64,000 nt of DNA from assembly GCF_000150275.1 (NCBI RefSeq), contig NW_002060944.1:561614-625613 (forward strand), written 5' to 3'. Below the pieces are notes generated by a model. It did not search any database and was not told the origin of the DNA. It saw only the letters and a program-made list of their open reading frames with translations. Shown in pieces: positions 40,597 to 55,291 of this stretch. The translations under genes and the position numbers were made by a program. Each line of letters starts with the position of its first letter. Position 1 is the first letter of the stretch. Source of the DNA: Trichoplax adhaerens (lineage: Eukaryota > Animalia > Placozoa).

Positions 40597-43439
40597 GTTA
40601 CATGATTTGGTAATTAGCTTCTCATAATGAATGGCGCTGATTAAGCAATAGAAACTTAATAAAGGAAATAATTGATAATTAGTCGATAGGGATAAAATTA
40701 TTCATGCTATCTGCCTAAAACTGCAATTCGAAGCACTGATTTGTTTTATCACAGAAATAAATGTTGCATTTCTTTATATCTTAGTGATAGAATAAGATTT
40801 TAACATGTTTAACATGTTTATGCAAAGGCATGCTATCTTAAATTTCAATATTCTCAAATAGATTTCCGTAGAACGGATACAATTTTTCTGAAGTTAATGT
40901 TGAGACAATGAACTTTAAAAAAGAATGGTTTCGATTTAGTCTATGCGTATTTCCCAAAATAAAGTTCTTGATTTCTATCAGTTAAAAGATAATTTATCAC
41001 TCACATTGAATACTTTTTCTGAGTTTGAAATAAATGTCTAGACAATACTATAAATTGTCATCGATCTACTTCATTTAATCTGTTATTCACAGCCAAAGCT
41101 TTATTTCTCTATTTCTTTACTTTTAAGATGTTTTGTAGCCGGTAACTTACACTCGAGCTCTATTAGCTTGATTAAATTAAAAGACGTTTTTCCACCAAAT
41201 TATATCCAAATAAGTAATAAATAGCGAAGGTGTAAAGTTGCAATGTTGCATCTATAAATAGCTAATTGCTTCACTCTATTGGCAGTAGTGTTAAAATACG
41301 ACAAGAATAAACTGTAGCTGCAGTTAAAAAAAAGGTATCCAGTTATAAGAACCAAATAAACAATACAATACGTCATTACAATTCTTTTGGTATAATGGTT
41401 TTATAAGGATTAAAATATTCTCGCCCTTGCTCGTACATCTATTCTAGTTCTATAAGAAAAAATTCACGGATTGTAGCAAAGATAGCATTTATATCTACTT
41501 TATTTCATTTATTATTTATAGAAATAATGTCACGTCTTGGTACACAACGAATAGTAGTAGTAGTAGTATGATTAAACAACTATTATGGTTTCTAGTACAA
41601 CCTACGCTCTTCACACTTTTCGTAAGGTATAAAGTAATCCCAGATATGTCTAGAGCCAGTATATTGTCTGCATATACTTTTACTTGGCTTTACACGAATT
41701 GTAGAGGAGATAGTATCATAAAATTGAAATTTCCAGGCTAAACGGGATCAGTGTCTAATTATCGACAAGCCAAGAATTGAATCCATATTTAGAAATGGAT
41801 AGCCGTAACTCTGTGACTCTATAAGAAAAACTTACATACTAAAAACTTGTCTAGAGATGATAGATCAGCTTAACAATCGGTATACATATACGAGTAATTG
41901 CTATTAATATATCAGGATCACCAGCCTGGATATCACTAATAACTGTTCGTTTTTGGCCATCGGATGGTAATTATAGACTATCCAATTCTACTGCATCATG
42001 AATACAGGTTATATATAATATCTGGCAGATGCAAACATTATTGAACTAATAAATGTTGTATAAATGCTACTATTTGTTAAGAGGTTTGAAATAACTTGAT
42101 TAAGTAAAATTAAGTAGTTTATTATTTCACTGTAAAGATTAATCTTAACATTACTGCATAATTCTACAGTAAATCACAGTTATATTAAGCATTATTTTAA
42201 CACAATAATAATATCTTATTAACTACAGTGTACTATAAGAATGTTATTAAGCAGAAAACATTTCTCATAATATTTCTGCATGACTTAAATTACGTTCACT
42301 AATTGTATTAGCCTGCAAGATTTATTACAATATTCACAGACTACCAAATCTTGTACGACTTAGTAGTGCACAAAACTTTGAAACCGGATAATTTACCGCA
42401 AAAAATTTACTGTATTAAATAAGTTTAATGCTGTATATGATTGAATACCGTAAAATATTAAATCCACCCTCGTAATATCATAAAAGGTACTTTAGTGCAT
42501 TAGATTAATTTTACAGTGCATAGGATTGAACATTGCAAAGTATTCAATTCACCCTCATGATATCAAATCTATATTGATATTGTTTCCATCCTATGCTACT
42601 AAATTGTACAAAGGTAAATTGTTTGCGTCAAACTGTCATAGACCGACGAAACTTACACTTATTGAAGCAGTAAATCCTGTAGGCCATCGCAGTTATTCCA
42701 TAAAACTTGCCCGTATAACAATGCGATAAACATTTAATCCATAAATGCTAGAAAGGGTATGGTATACTACTAGAATTAGGTATTCACTTCGTAATTTTGA
42801 TATATGATAACATGCTCCAATAAAAATTTTTTTCCAGATGTAGAAGAGTAAGTATTTTTTGAACACTAAATTAAGTATAACATAATAGTTAGTCCATGAA
42901 ACATGCACTTATAATAATACGCGTAAAATAAATTTTTACTCCAATAATGCTTGAAAGTTAATGAAGTATTTACTCTAATGACAAATTTTATAGTGATTCA
43001 AGGAGTGCAGTGTGAGAACAGAATTAGACAATCACTCTATGGCTTCTTTATATGATAACATACACCAAATAAAAATTAAGTACAGAACTTACTGGAATAA
43101 GTAAGCGCTAAATCGTGTGTTCATCGAAGTATATCAGGCAAACCACTTTCTATGTAAACTTCGTTTCATTAGGATTATACTAAAATATATATAGTCAGAT
43201 ATTATCGAACATTTTTATCTCTAGAAGAGTAAAATACAAATGGATCACACTGTATCTTTTTAATTAGTTGGCTGTTACTGTCAATATTATTGCATCCTAT
43301 TTCTGTATTACCTAAATTTAATAGTGTCTACATAGTTAGATATTCGGTAATTAATTGTATTAAGTGCACAGTTTCTTAATTTAATTCTCTAAAAGATAGC
43401 AAGGTATTGGGATATAGTGGTTAGTCTTATTTCTCATTC

Positions 43440-44354
43440 GACTATTAGCTATGATAGTCTTGATTAGAAAACTTGGCTCTTTCTACTCCACTTAACTGAT
43501 TTAGAGTCATTCTCTTAACATATATAGTAATACTTCCCATACCTATTGCATGGTAAATTTTGATAAAACTTTATACTTGAATCGGACCTTTGTCCTTAAT
43601 ATTGAATACTAGCACTGATAGATACCGATATATAGTATGGTAAAGGCTTTATTGCAAACTTTCTTATTTAAATATAAGTCAAGAATGGATTTTGCTAATT
43701 TTAGTCACATTTCTTTTAACAAAATAATTTAGCTTCTCTCTTATTTTAGTGTTGATTTTCAAAAAGTAATCCATTTGATTAGTCAATATTTTCAAATTAA
43801 AATAAATCAATAACGATGATTTAAAATTATTTGGTTATTATTTCTAAATAAAATAAATTTACTTGACTATTTATATATTAAATTAATTATACAATGATAG
43901 AAGTATCTAACATAAATAAATAAAATATGAAAATAACTAAAATTACCGTTAAATTGACAGCAATGATAAACACAAAGGTGGTACAACGATGAAACATTAT
44001 GAAGCAAGAATGTTAATTGGATAACGAGTTCCTTTCATCATAAATTAGTGTAAGGAACATATCATTATAGCACAGTTCTCCAACCGTAGTGCCAAAGGTG
44101 CTAAGGATTGAATACAATCCCTTACTGAAGGCTTTCTTTAGCATTAAAGTAAGCATATCAAAATAGTACCTTTTTTGTAAGTGTATCAATGATAACAAAA
44201 ATATGGCAATCATTTAGTGGATAATAATCCGATGAGAAATACTTCAGCATTTAATCTCGTATTATAAGAAAAAGTAGAATCAACTTATGGTCCATAATAA
44301 TATAAAAACTTGATCCAAATCTGACAATCAGAAAGACTAACAATACTCCCACAC
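43440..44354 (-). pseudogene. Decayed TRPA relic: exon 23, pore exon 24, last exon 27 and 3' flank
   Basis: 44284-44354 reads VGVLLVFLIVRFGSSFYIIMDHK (donor lost). 43947-44135 is exactly 189 nt like exon 24, AG/GT bounded, KAFSKGLYSILSTFGTTVGELCYNDMF... with an internal stop. About 43700-43796 reads LKILTNQMDYFLKINTKIREKLN with the acceptor AG changed to AA. Confidence 0.8.
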
Positions 44355-45563
44355 CTATTCAATGATACCAATGATTAATAATCGATAAAATCGAAAGATG
44401 AATTAAACAAAGCTCAGAATCACTAAGTTTTGAAACTGTCATTTAATAGATGCATTTCTTGCATAATATAATCTGAATCTAACTAATTTAAGATATGCTA
44501 ATATTAAATGGTAAATTAAAATTGCTTAAGCCATTATTTCTCTATATGTTGAATGCTTTTTTATCTTTTTAAATATCAATTGAAAGAATGTATAATGTGG
44601 AATAGTCCGCTACACTATATAGGGTGTTTGTTGATGATATCTTTTATAATGAAGTGGTGTACTTCATTATAAATACGGTTCTATAATATTGATACCATTT
44701 CTTAAATTTTTAATGTTAGTAATAGGCTATATTTATAATTGTATTCCCATTTTTAATAGTTGATACACTTGCTAAAGCAGCATAATAAATTCTTTTCAAA
44801 ACCATCAGTACTTCTGAGTTATATAAACTATGATAGTATTAGTAATATATAGTGTATCAGTATATAAAATCAAGGAATATTTGTCGAAAAATAGTTTGCA
44901 ATGCTTAATTAATAAAGTAATTGTAAGTGCAAGGCGGTATGATAAGGCGGCCTACTTCATTATTATTTCTCTAATCTTGATGAATGATATGGTGATGAAT
45001 TGTATTTAGAATGATCTTCTCATTTATTTATAATTGATAGACTTGCTTAAGCAACATAATGTCAATTTGTTGAGCTTCAGATTTTTTAGGTTGCAATAAT
45101 TTCAGTGCTAGTACCATATCTCACAAGTTACATTATAATAGCTTTCACGCTGTTCTACGGTAACTACCATATCTTACAGAAATCGTTGTTAGTAATACTA
45201 TGAATCTATTTCGTGCACTCTAGTCGAATTAACATAATTTTGATACCAAAATAATTTAGGAAACTATCCAAATACTATTTAAAGTCATTTGATTATAATA
45301 AGCCGTTCACAAGTATTTGCTACACTAGCCTTTTTGAGTAAATCTAGCTCTTGTAGTTCCTCTTTATAGATGTGAAATCGTTCTTTTAACAGAAACAGTA
45401 ATGCTATCTTTATTATTCTTTTATAACAAATTTTGATAATACTTTTTTCATTTAATCAGATACTTGTCTTAAGTAATAATAAAATTTTAGTAAATACCGG
45501 TAGATAATATAAGACTTTGTTGCAAACTATTTTATTTAAATGAGTCATAAATGAATTTTAATA

Positions 45564-48500
45564 TTATTTGAGCACATCTTTTTCAACAATTTGATTTAGT
45601 TTCTCTCTCATTTCGGCGTTGATTTTCAGCAAATAATTCATTTGATTAGCTAACGTTTCTATACTAAAATAGTAGAGAAATGACAATCAGTATCGTTCCA
45701 TTGTTACTCTACAAATAGAATTTTACGAAAATTGTCTTGAATAGTTAAGTAATGAAGAGAAATTGTACTATTTTTTACTTTATAGGCAGAGTGAATATTG
45801 TCCTTAAAATAAAATCTTCAATTGAAGATGAGATTTATGTCAGTATTACGTTTTTTCTTGGCTGGACTGAGACTCTTGCAACTCATGAAGTGTGCTTTCT
45901 GCTTTTAAGGATTTTTCAAATTTGGTCTCATTTCGGCCGATGCGATTTTGAAGCTAAAGGAAATAGAATTTAAATGCTTTGGTATTTCAGTTAAATTTTA
46001 GCTACGATACAAACTATAATCGAGAATAGACCTTTACAGCGCCTAATAATGCTCTTATATAATGATCAAGATTAAATACGGACGAGAAGTGTTTGATTAA
46101 ATTGTACTACCGTAAATTGTCAATTGATATTACTCGAATACAGTAATAGTACGGTTTAATAGATGACTAATTGTAATTTGAGTGGTAATTAATATTAAAT
46201 TACATGTTATACTGTCAAGGATTCTGCAAAATGGACATGTTACAGAGCAATAATATAGCATGCAGTACTGATGAAAGTAAAGTTTTTAAGCTTTATAGAG
46301 AATAACAAAATATTATTATTTCTCCAATTAATTTAGCGTAAAAGCGAAGGCACATTTAGTCACTGCGAAACTTATAAAATTGAATAAATTATGGGCTCCT
46401 CGAATTTTCATAAGCTCAGAATATGTTTTGTGGTACTCTTTTTACAAAATTACTTTTTAATGGCATTAATCTAGCAAGTAAAATTCCATAAAACACAAGT
46501 TAAAATGGTATCGAACGATCTACTACTGGTTTTATTGGTAGTATGAATGTAGCTAAAAATAAAGTTAGTACTAACTCGAGCAAGCAATCCCAGCTGTTGT
46601 TTTTCTTCCTTGCTGATGTAAAATTTTTTTTTTAGCACATAAGGTAGTGTCCTTTCGACTTGGTCGAGAAATTCAACTTGAATTCTTAAACGACTGAGAA
46701 CGGCTTTCCTTTCAATTTTATCAATGTCACCTACGGCTAAACCAACCTATGATGGTAAATAAAATATCTACCGTAATTATCAAAACATTTTGCATAATCT
46801 ATAGTACAGTTTCCGCTCACCATCAGATTCATTGCTGCGATAGGCATAACGATAGTAAAGAATACTAGAAAGATTATTGCAAGAGCATCAAAGGGTGCCA
46901 TTGTTGTTCCTTTATAGATGGGATTGAAGAAGACATCCAGATAGTCTAATTCTCCAACCATCATATCGAAAACTTTGAGGAAAGAATATGGAGCTGTACT
47001 GAAATATTTCTATCACGAAAGTTAAGAGTCGATTATTAATATAAAATAGATTACCAACATTAGTTTATTCACAGTTTTAATCATTATTTTGCCGCTATAA
47101 CTGCACTTATTAATGTACCTCATGACCCAGAATAATATGAAAGCTGAGACCAAACGCAACGATCAAAAACGCTAGCATAACTCCTACCTACCGATAATGT
47201 GTATGTTAAAATTTGCATTATTAAAATAATTAAGAGAATGAAAATTATGTAACTACCCTTTTCAATTTGTGCTAGTATGTGATTCGTGCATCATAGATTA
47301 TTTTTACTAGTTGACAAAATACCATAGCATCAGAGCAATATCGATGCATTATCTATTTACCTTAATAATGGTAAGCAAAACTGATCGAAGCATGACAATA
47401 TAGATGCCAAAGGTAGGCAACCTAGATCCATTAAGGTATTATATTAGCATTTCAAGCATGATCACTATCGTTATAGAAATATATTTGTAATGGAATTCTG
47501 CTGTGCTGCTCTAGGAATACGCATTAAGTTTAAAAGCTAGTAAGTACATCGATTTATCTACTGATTTAGGTAATTATAATTCCAGATATAACCATGATCA
47601 TGATTATAACAGATTCTACTTTTTATCATATATCGCCAAAAGTTGGCATAAATATTGTCTTACTAAATCGTCAACAAGATCGCGATCATGCTCAAGAATA
47701 GAAAGTGCTATAATACTCCTTGTATTATTATTTCAATATCATGATCGTAAAGGAAATAAATTCTTACCGTAGATCTTAATCAATTTAACATTTATTAGAC
47801 AGACTTTGCTATTTCTATCATAAAATCTGCAATTTCAATATCTTACCGTTGAAGAAAAACTACTAAATTGCACCAGGCTAGACAGATATTAACGCTACCT
47901 ATGGCCCACTGGTTGGTACTAGGCTCATATCCAGGTGGAATAGAAAATGTAATGGCAGAAATATACATAAATAATTCGATGTAGTTGGTATAGGATAGGA
48001 AGTAGGATAATCTCTGTCAAGCAAAATGAGACATCAAAATTAATCAAGTATAAAAATCGACTTTTAATGTCTATTCTCAATGGTAGAAAAAATGGCCGCA
48101 GAAAAGTAATAAAGAGAGTATTGCCAGCAATTAAAATATCCATGCGCCACATAATACCATTCAATCAGTGATTTACTCTCTTCGATTAGATTTCTTACCA
48201 ACATAAAAACGCTTGGTAAAAGTATAAGTAATGAATTAAGTTAACACTTACCTGACGCCATATTTGCAGAGCTTCTGTAGCTAAATTAATCCCACTAGCG
48301 ATAAGGATAATCAGTTGAGCAATGAAGAGATCTGGCCGTGAATCCTAGAATAATAGTTGAAGATAACTCGATTAGCTCCTGTTAATAATGTAACCCACTT
48401 CATATTCAACTAACCAGAGTAAATTAGCTTTACTGCAGACTAGATATCCTTGTAAGCTAACAATATTGTGTAAAGCAGTAGACTCACAAGTGTATAATAG

Positions 48501-51500
48501 TAAACTGTATATGTCTCATTTCCAATAGTATAGGTATATGAAGTAAAGCCAGGCTCAATATAATCAGAAATTACGATGTTGCCGGCTGGACGCAAGGCGA
48601 TAGTGTAATAGGTAAAAGCACCCACAAATAAGAGATAAACTATCAGATTGGTATAGTATAGTGGAATGCCAAATGTGCGCCTATAAATTTGGATAGAACA
48701 AAATATATCATACGGAATAGCTCCAGTACAGGGATGAAAACTTGTAAAGGCCTTTCTTGAAACCCTTTAACTAATTTTTTACACTTTAGTCGTAAAACTA
48801 GCATAAAAATACGATACGCTTTATCCTTTAGTTAATTTCAAGTGCAATACACTAGAGCTTTGGCACAGAACTTGGTGAGAACTATCGCTATGACTACAAA
48901 CCATTTAGCATCAAGTAAAGCCTGGGATAATTCATGCAGCAATAATCCTGTTCTTTCATGTTCAATCATAGTCTAATCGTCGACAATTGTGAATAAGTAA
49001 GGAATTAAAATTGGAAAAAATATTCCACCATATCAAGGTATAATCGACTCTGTTAGAAATCTCAAAATCAAAATCAGAATTTAAAGCCCTCTTACCATTA
49101 GCGCGTTACATTTACATTTATTTTTTGAGCTCTCTCTTAAACGCATTTCTACCATGGGTTCTGGATCTAATATTGAGTAATCGTAAACAATCTAAAAAGT
49201 GAGAAAGAAATCGCCAAGACACTCAGTTTGATATAAATATCATACAGTATATATTGATTCCATAGGCATTCTCGTCACTTTTTGAATATAATCGATTAAC
49301 GATTAAAATTGGAAGAATGAACTACATTCGGATAATTTTGAAGCTAAATACCAATTCTGTAATAATATACATCACTACCAGATTTATTAATCTTTTCGTT
49401 ATAATCTGTGGTTGCATTTATTATTCGTTTAAAAATTTTGCATAGCAAGTACAAACAAGGATTAAAGTATTTATCGATCTTCTGAAACTTCTTGGAGCAA
49501 TGTCAAAAATAAATCCTATCGATATTGTTTACAAATTGTTATATCACAAATCGATTAGGACAAAATCTCAACTTTAAGCCGATTGATTCAGATGAAATCT
49601 TGAATCTATGACGGCGATTTTGTTAACTTAAGTTGAAATTCTGCGTTCTAAACGCATCAAAGAATAATATTGTTACATTATATGTAACGTCAACTTGTTA
49701 ATACAATGCAAAATCTGTTAATTATATTCTTGGCTCAATTCGGCCAACAAATATTGGAATATACGAGTACAAACCGTTTTATTCATAGTTCTACTTGTAC
49801 TACTAGCAATAGATAAATCCATGGCGACCTGCCATTAAATGAAATTAAGATGAAATCATACAAATGCGCTAAATTGTCAATACTAATTTAACGAATTTAA
49901 ATGACGAAAAACCTACCTCTGCAACTGCTGGCAGTTTCTTAATTAAATTTTGCATGATAGAATATCCTTCATCATCAAATCGATTTAAAATCTCTCCACT
50001 CCTAATAAGATAAACCGATAACATATTTAATTATAGAAGTAGTACTAACCATTGAAAGTTATGCAAGAAAATCAGTAGAATTATCTCTACTCTATCTATC
50101 TCAACTCGTCTATCATACCATAAGTTAGCTAGGTTTAAGAATATATTACCTCTTATGCTTGACAATTAATAGAGCAGCATCTTCATGTCCGCCTTCAATC
50201 GTAAGGTCTAAACATGTTTTCCCATTACTATCACGCAATGTTATATCGCTACCACTTCCAAGTAATAATTTAACAACAGCACTTGATCCTTGACTGGCTG
50301 CTAAATGTAGAGGTGTTTCCTAAATCAGTTCCATGAAAGCAAATTTGGTTACTATTACCTGGTAAAGATAAGTAGTTGATTCAAGAAAAGTGTGATAATC
50401 AAAAACTAATTAAGGTGAAACTATATGCAGATAACGAGGAATTAGACGAAATACATAACATGGAAATATCGTATAGTAGAAATGTAATCTTATAGCTAAC
50501 TAATACTTCAAAAGTGCATAGTATTACCAATCTAGAATTAATTCGATTAAGATCAGCTCCATTTTTCAATAGCAATTTTCCTACTTGTGCAAAACCTTTG
50601 GACGCGGCGTATTCCAAAGGTGTCATGTAACTACCGTCTCTGCAATAATTATATAATAATCCAAGCTATGATCATGTTAACATAGTAGATAGTATCCAAT
50701 TTTATCATGATCTACAGTATTTCAGTAATATATAAGTTTTACATTCTACTATCGTCTAACAGCCATTATTATTCCCGATGTAATCAAATTATTTAACTTT
50801 ATACCGCTTTTCGACGTCTGCACCATACTTTAGCAGCATTGCGGTGACATCTACTGAATTATTTATAACCGCAAAATGTAATGGAGTTCTTGATTTCTCT
50901 CCCAAAAAGTTTACCGATGAAAGAGAAGCTACACATAAATATTCGGCTATCAGTAGATCGCCTTTTCTGCAATAAAAGAGGAGATTAATTCATAATCACT
51001 TTTCAATACCAGACCTTAAAATAGGGTTTTGACTTTAGTTTCACTATACCACCTTATCTAATACAGTCATTATTCATTGCAAAACATACATTAATTCCAT
51101 ATACCAGATATTAAGTATACTACGGACTATTCACAACGCTAGTCGCTGCATAAGATTAATTCAAATCATTATTTATTGCACAATGTATAGTGATTTGATG
51201 TATACTGAGAATATCAACTGCATTAGTTGCTATGCATGCGATTGATTGCGCTCTTCATGTAGCTCTGTTCGATATCAAAATATTGCATTGACAAGTTCAA
51301 GTAAACTTCCAAACGAACGTATAATGCTGATAATCCAATTTTTTGTCTACATATATACTAGTGGAGATTTGATGCCATCAGATACGAAATACATAAATAC
51401 TCTAAGAAAAGCTTCATTAACATGCAAATTAAGATGCCACTTAAATTTTGGGTAAGATAGTTATTTTAATTAATTAAATCGTTAAATGAAATTGAAATAA

Positions 51501-54500
51501 TTACTGTACTTACGCGCAAGCCAGGTGAAGTGGTATATTGTCATCATCATCATGGCAATCCACAATTGCACCATTACTAACTAAAATCTCAACAATCTAA
51601 TATAGTAATTCATATTTATATATATATACAAAATGAGTCTATTAGGAGTTTAAAATTAAGATTATAATATTGCAAGGATAGACTCCATTTCTTATACAAT
51701 ATGAGGTAATATTCCGTTTACCTGATGATTTCCATTCTCAACTGCATAATGCAAAGGTGTTTTTTCAAAGTTATCGGCTGAATTTAAAAATTTACCAGCT
51801 GATATCTACAAGTGTACAAGATAAATTTTTTAGATCATAAATAGACTAGGTAAAATTATTGGATAATTTAATCTATCAGCAAATTATTTCATTATTCAGT
51901 GAGAACAATATTGATTTTTACTTACTCGTATTAAATGTTGAATTAACTGCAAATGCCCATTCTGAACGGCTAGATGAAGACATGTTCGCTGTACTTCATC
52001 TACGGAAGAAATATCAGCATTATGTTGAAGTAAATAATCGATTACTGCAATATGGCCTTTAGCTGCTGCACACATTAACGGTGTCTTCTTAGTATAGTCA
52101 ACGGCATCAATTTCAGAACCCTTTAATAGAATAAAATGATAGCAGTCAATCTGAAATAATTCTTTTGATTAGGTTATGCTTATTGCTATCTCGGACAAAA
52201 CACAGAATCACATGTATGAATATACTGATCTCTTACTTCAATTAAGTTCGGTTTATAAAATTAATTAATCGCTTAAAGGAAACAAACACGTTAACATTAA
52301 CGTCCTTGCACAAAGTTCATTTATAATTTACCATAACTAATTTGATTCATAACAAGGTTAAATTGGACAACTTTCAGCGTCAATATTCCGAAGCGTAGTA
52401 AAGCGAACTATTTTCACTTTTATGCAGTACGAAGATCAATATCATACTAATCATTTTCATATAGGAAGGCTTAACTAATTTGCTACACTTACAGCGTCCA
52501 CAAGTAACTTCATAATAGGTAAATGACCGTATAAACTAGCCAGGAAAAAAGGTATTCGATACTGATAGTTCTTGATATTTACGGAAGCTCCTTTATCAAG
52601 CAGCAATTTTGTAGCCTCATAGTAACCATTAGCTGCTGTAATATGTAAAGCGGTCCGCCCATCATTCTATAATATTACGCCAAACCAATAGTGGCATTAT
52701 CGTTACAAGGATGTAATCAGTAAAAATCCAATTTTAAATCCTACTACTTTAACATAATAGAAAAAAAGTATAGAATATTTCTACATTTATGGTCTGTAAC
52801 TAAAAGAAATGTTCATAGACTAAAGTAAAAACTATTTTGACTCTTTCACTTCTTCGTACTTGAGTAGAGTTGATATTTGTTCCATTCTCTAAACAAATTT
52901 TCATTGCCTGGCAGACAAAAAGAATATATCGATAGAAAAATGAGTTTATAAAGTACAGTGCAGTGCAATGATATCATAGATACTAGATAAACCTCAGATT
53001 TTATTAATCTTATCCTCTAGATACGAGTATAATTTTTTCTCTTGCCACCTTGATATGACCACCTTGAGCTGCACGATGGAATGGGAGTTGCTTTTCGTTA
53101 TCTTCACAGCTAAGGAGATCAATAGCAGATAACCCATAGCTAGAAGAAACTTGTAAGAATAATTGAACAACTTGAACATGGCCTTTAGATGCCGCACTAT
53201 GAATTGGTGTACTACCATCGATTGCAGGAGCTAATATATCACTTCTATATTTAAGCTGTAAAAACAACACAAGGTGCCGTATTAACATAAACACAATCAG
53301 CTATGTGCTATAGGTAGAGAGGAAGAGTTGCGCGATATGACTATATTAGGGAATGCTGTCATTCAATTTAAGTTCTTCCATTACTCAAAGATACTTCTAT
53401 GATAATGGTATGGTATGGCTGAATTTAAAATAGAAACTCAAACCAGCATTTGGAACAAAACTTAATTATTTCTCAATGCGATAATCAAATCAATCAGCTT
53501 ACAAGATGTTGACAGACTTCAAGTTTCCCTCTCATAGCAGCTTGATGTAATGGTGTATTCAAATCATCATCCACAACGCCGACATCAAGTAACTTGTTCT
53601 CAGTAATATACTAATATAAGCAACAAGATTGCAGTAACGTGATTAATCTTTCAATATAAGAAAAAAATTCGACATAATACCAAGAGTCATTTATTTGAGC
53701 AGTTACTGTAATAGAAACAATAATAGTACAAATACAAGTAAAACTATATCTTTTACCAATTTTGGAATACAATTATCACTTACCGTACAAATACTTAAAT
53801 GGCCTAATTTACTAGCTTCATGAAGCAAAGTGTCACCTTGATCGTCGACTAATTTAAATTCCGCACCAGCTTCATGCAGAGCTTGAAAGCTAGCCAAACT
53901 GTTATATTTGGCAGCCACAAATAAAGGTGTATTACCATCATAGCCTCGAATATTGAGGTCTAATAGTAACATCATACAAATGCAAAGTAAATCTTAACTA
54001 GAAAGGTTCACATGTTAAATATGTAAAGCTATTCTATCTGGGTTGAAAATTCAATGATAGTATTTTTAATCGCTGCTATTATGCTGTTGGTCGCCTACGG
54101 TTTATACTACTCAATTCAAATTTCTCTCATCTAAAAATCTTTATTAGTATACCTGCACCGCAAGTGATTAAAGTCTTGACTACATCGACTCGATTCCCGC
54201 GCGCTGCATAGTGTAATGGAGACAACTGATGTTCATCTAGATTATTGCAAGTATTTTTCACATCTTGACGTGAAGCGAAATGATTTTCTACTGCAGTAAC
54301 ATCACCAAACTTTGCAGCCTAACCATGATAGATAATATCATCAAATATTGATTAATTAGGAATAGAACGTAATTTATATCGACAGTTACGGCGCTGGCTA
54401 CAAACCAAAACATTATCTTGTCGAAAGAAAGTACGGCACTTATAAGGACAGCTAGCGCCAATTAGTTCACGTTGATAAGATTATTACATCGATAAATTAT

Positions 54501-55291
54501 ACCAAGCTAATCCAAAAAACAGGAAGGCTACGGTTTATATTTAACACTAAGTACTAAGTACCAAGCTTATTCTAATAGAATCACAAGACCTGGTTTGGAC
54601 AAAAGCTATCATTATACTTCTGTAGCATTTATTTACTTACCCAAAAGAGATCTTTTAAATATTCATTTTCTGCACATCTCATATCACTGACTTGATCCTA
54701 AGTAACACATTATTGAAAATTGGTTATTGCATAAGAGAATTTTCGGGCCTGCAAATAACTTGGAATCTTAATTCTAATTAGGTAACTACAGCAAGGTATT
54801 GTCTTTTGACCGGCTAATGTTTTGATTGCAGAGAAAGCAAATCTGAACTACTAACGTTCGGTATGAAAACTTTACGATTAAAAGGCACGCTTTACGATTA
54901 TAAACCACTAAAAGTACAAATTTATCAGTCAAGTGTTTATCTACAATTAAACAGTATTGATCCTATTCGAAACTGATCTAATGCGTAGCCTTACTACATT
55001 TCGAAGCCTTATTTACTAGCAGTTAGTTATTATCAAGCTTGCGATAGCCAATTTTATAATTTAGTATCAACATTAAAGTAAAACACAAGCAATAATGATT
55101 TATTTTGCTTTCCCTCTTTTAATAGTATTTGTGTTAAGGCAATCTCCTTAATATACCTACATAATAAGTAGTCAACGGTGAAAAATTATCCCTAATTACT
55201 ACTCATTTTAATGTCTTACCAAATTTCTCATATCAATCTCCAGAGGCCGTGAAGCGGTGAGCCGTCTGTGAAATTTAATCATCATATCCAT
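45564..55291 (-). CDS. TRPA1: TRPA1-like channel, copy D: apparently intact, 27 exons
   Basis: ATG 55291 (or the homologous ATG 55282), all exons in frame; pore exon 46821-47009 (KVFDMMVGELDY); exon 25 46576-46746; last exon ...INAEMREKLNQIVEKDVLK* ending 45564. Confidence 0.92.

Noticed and set aside
235-55291. TRPN (NOMPC) or plain ankyrin identity for the genes
   Set aside because: About 17 rather than about 29 ankyrin repeats, and the MMLGE/MNLMVGLAVGDI motifs and C-terminal coiled coil fit TRPA1.
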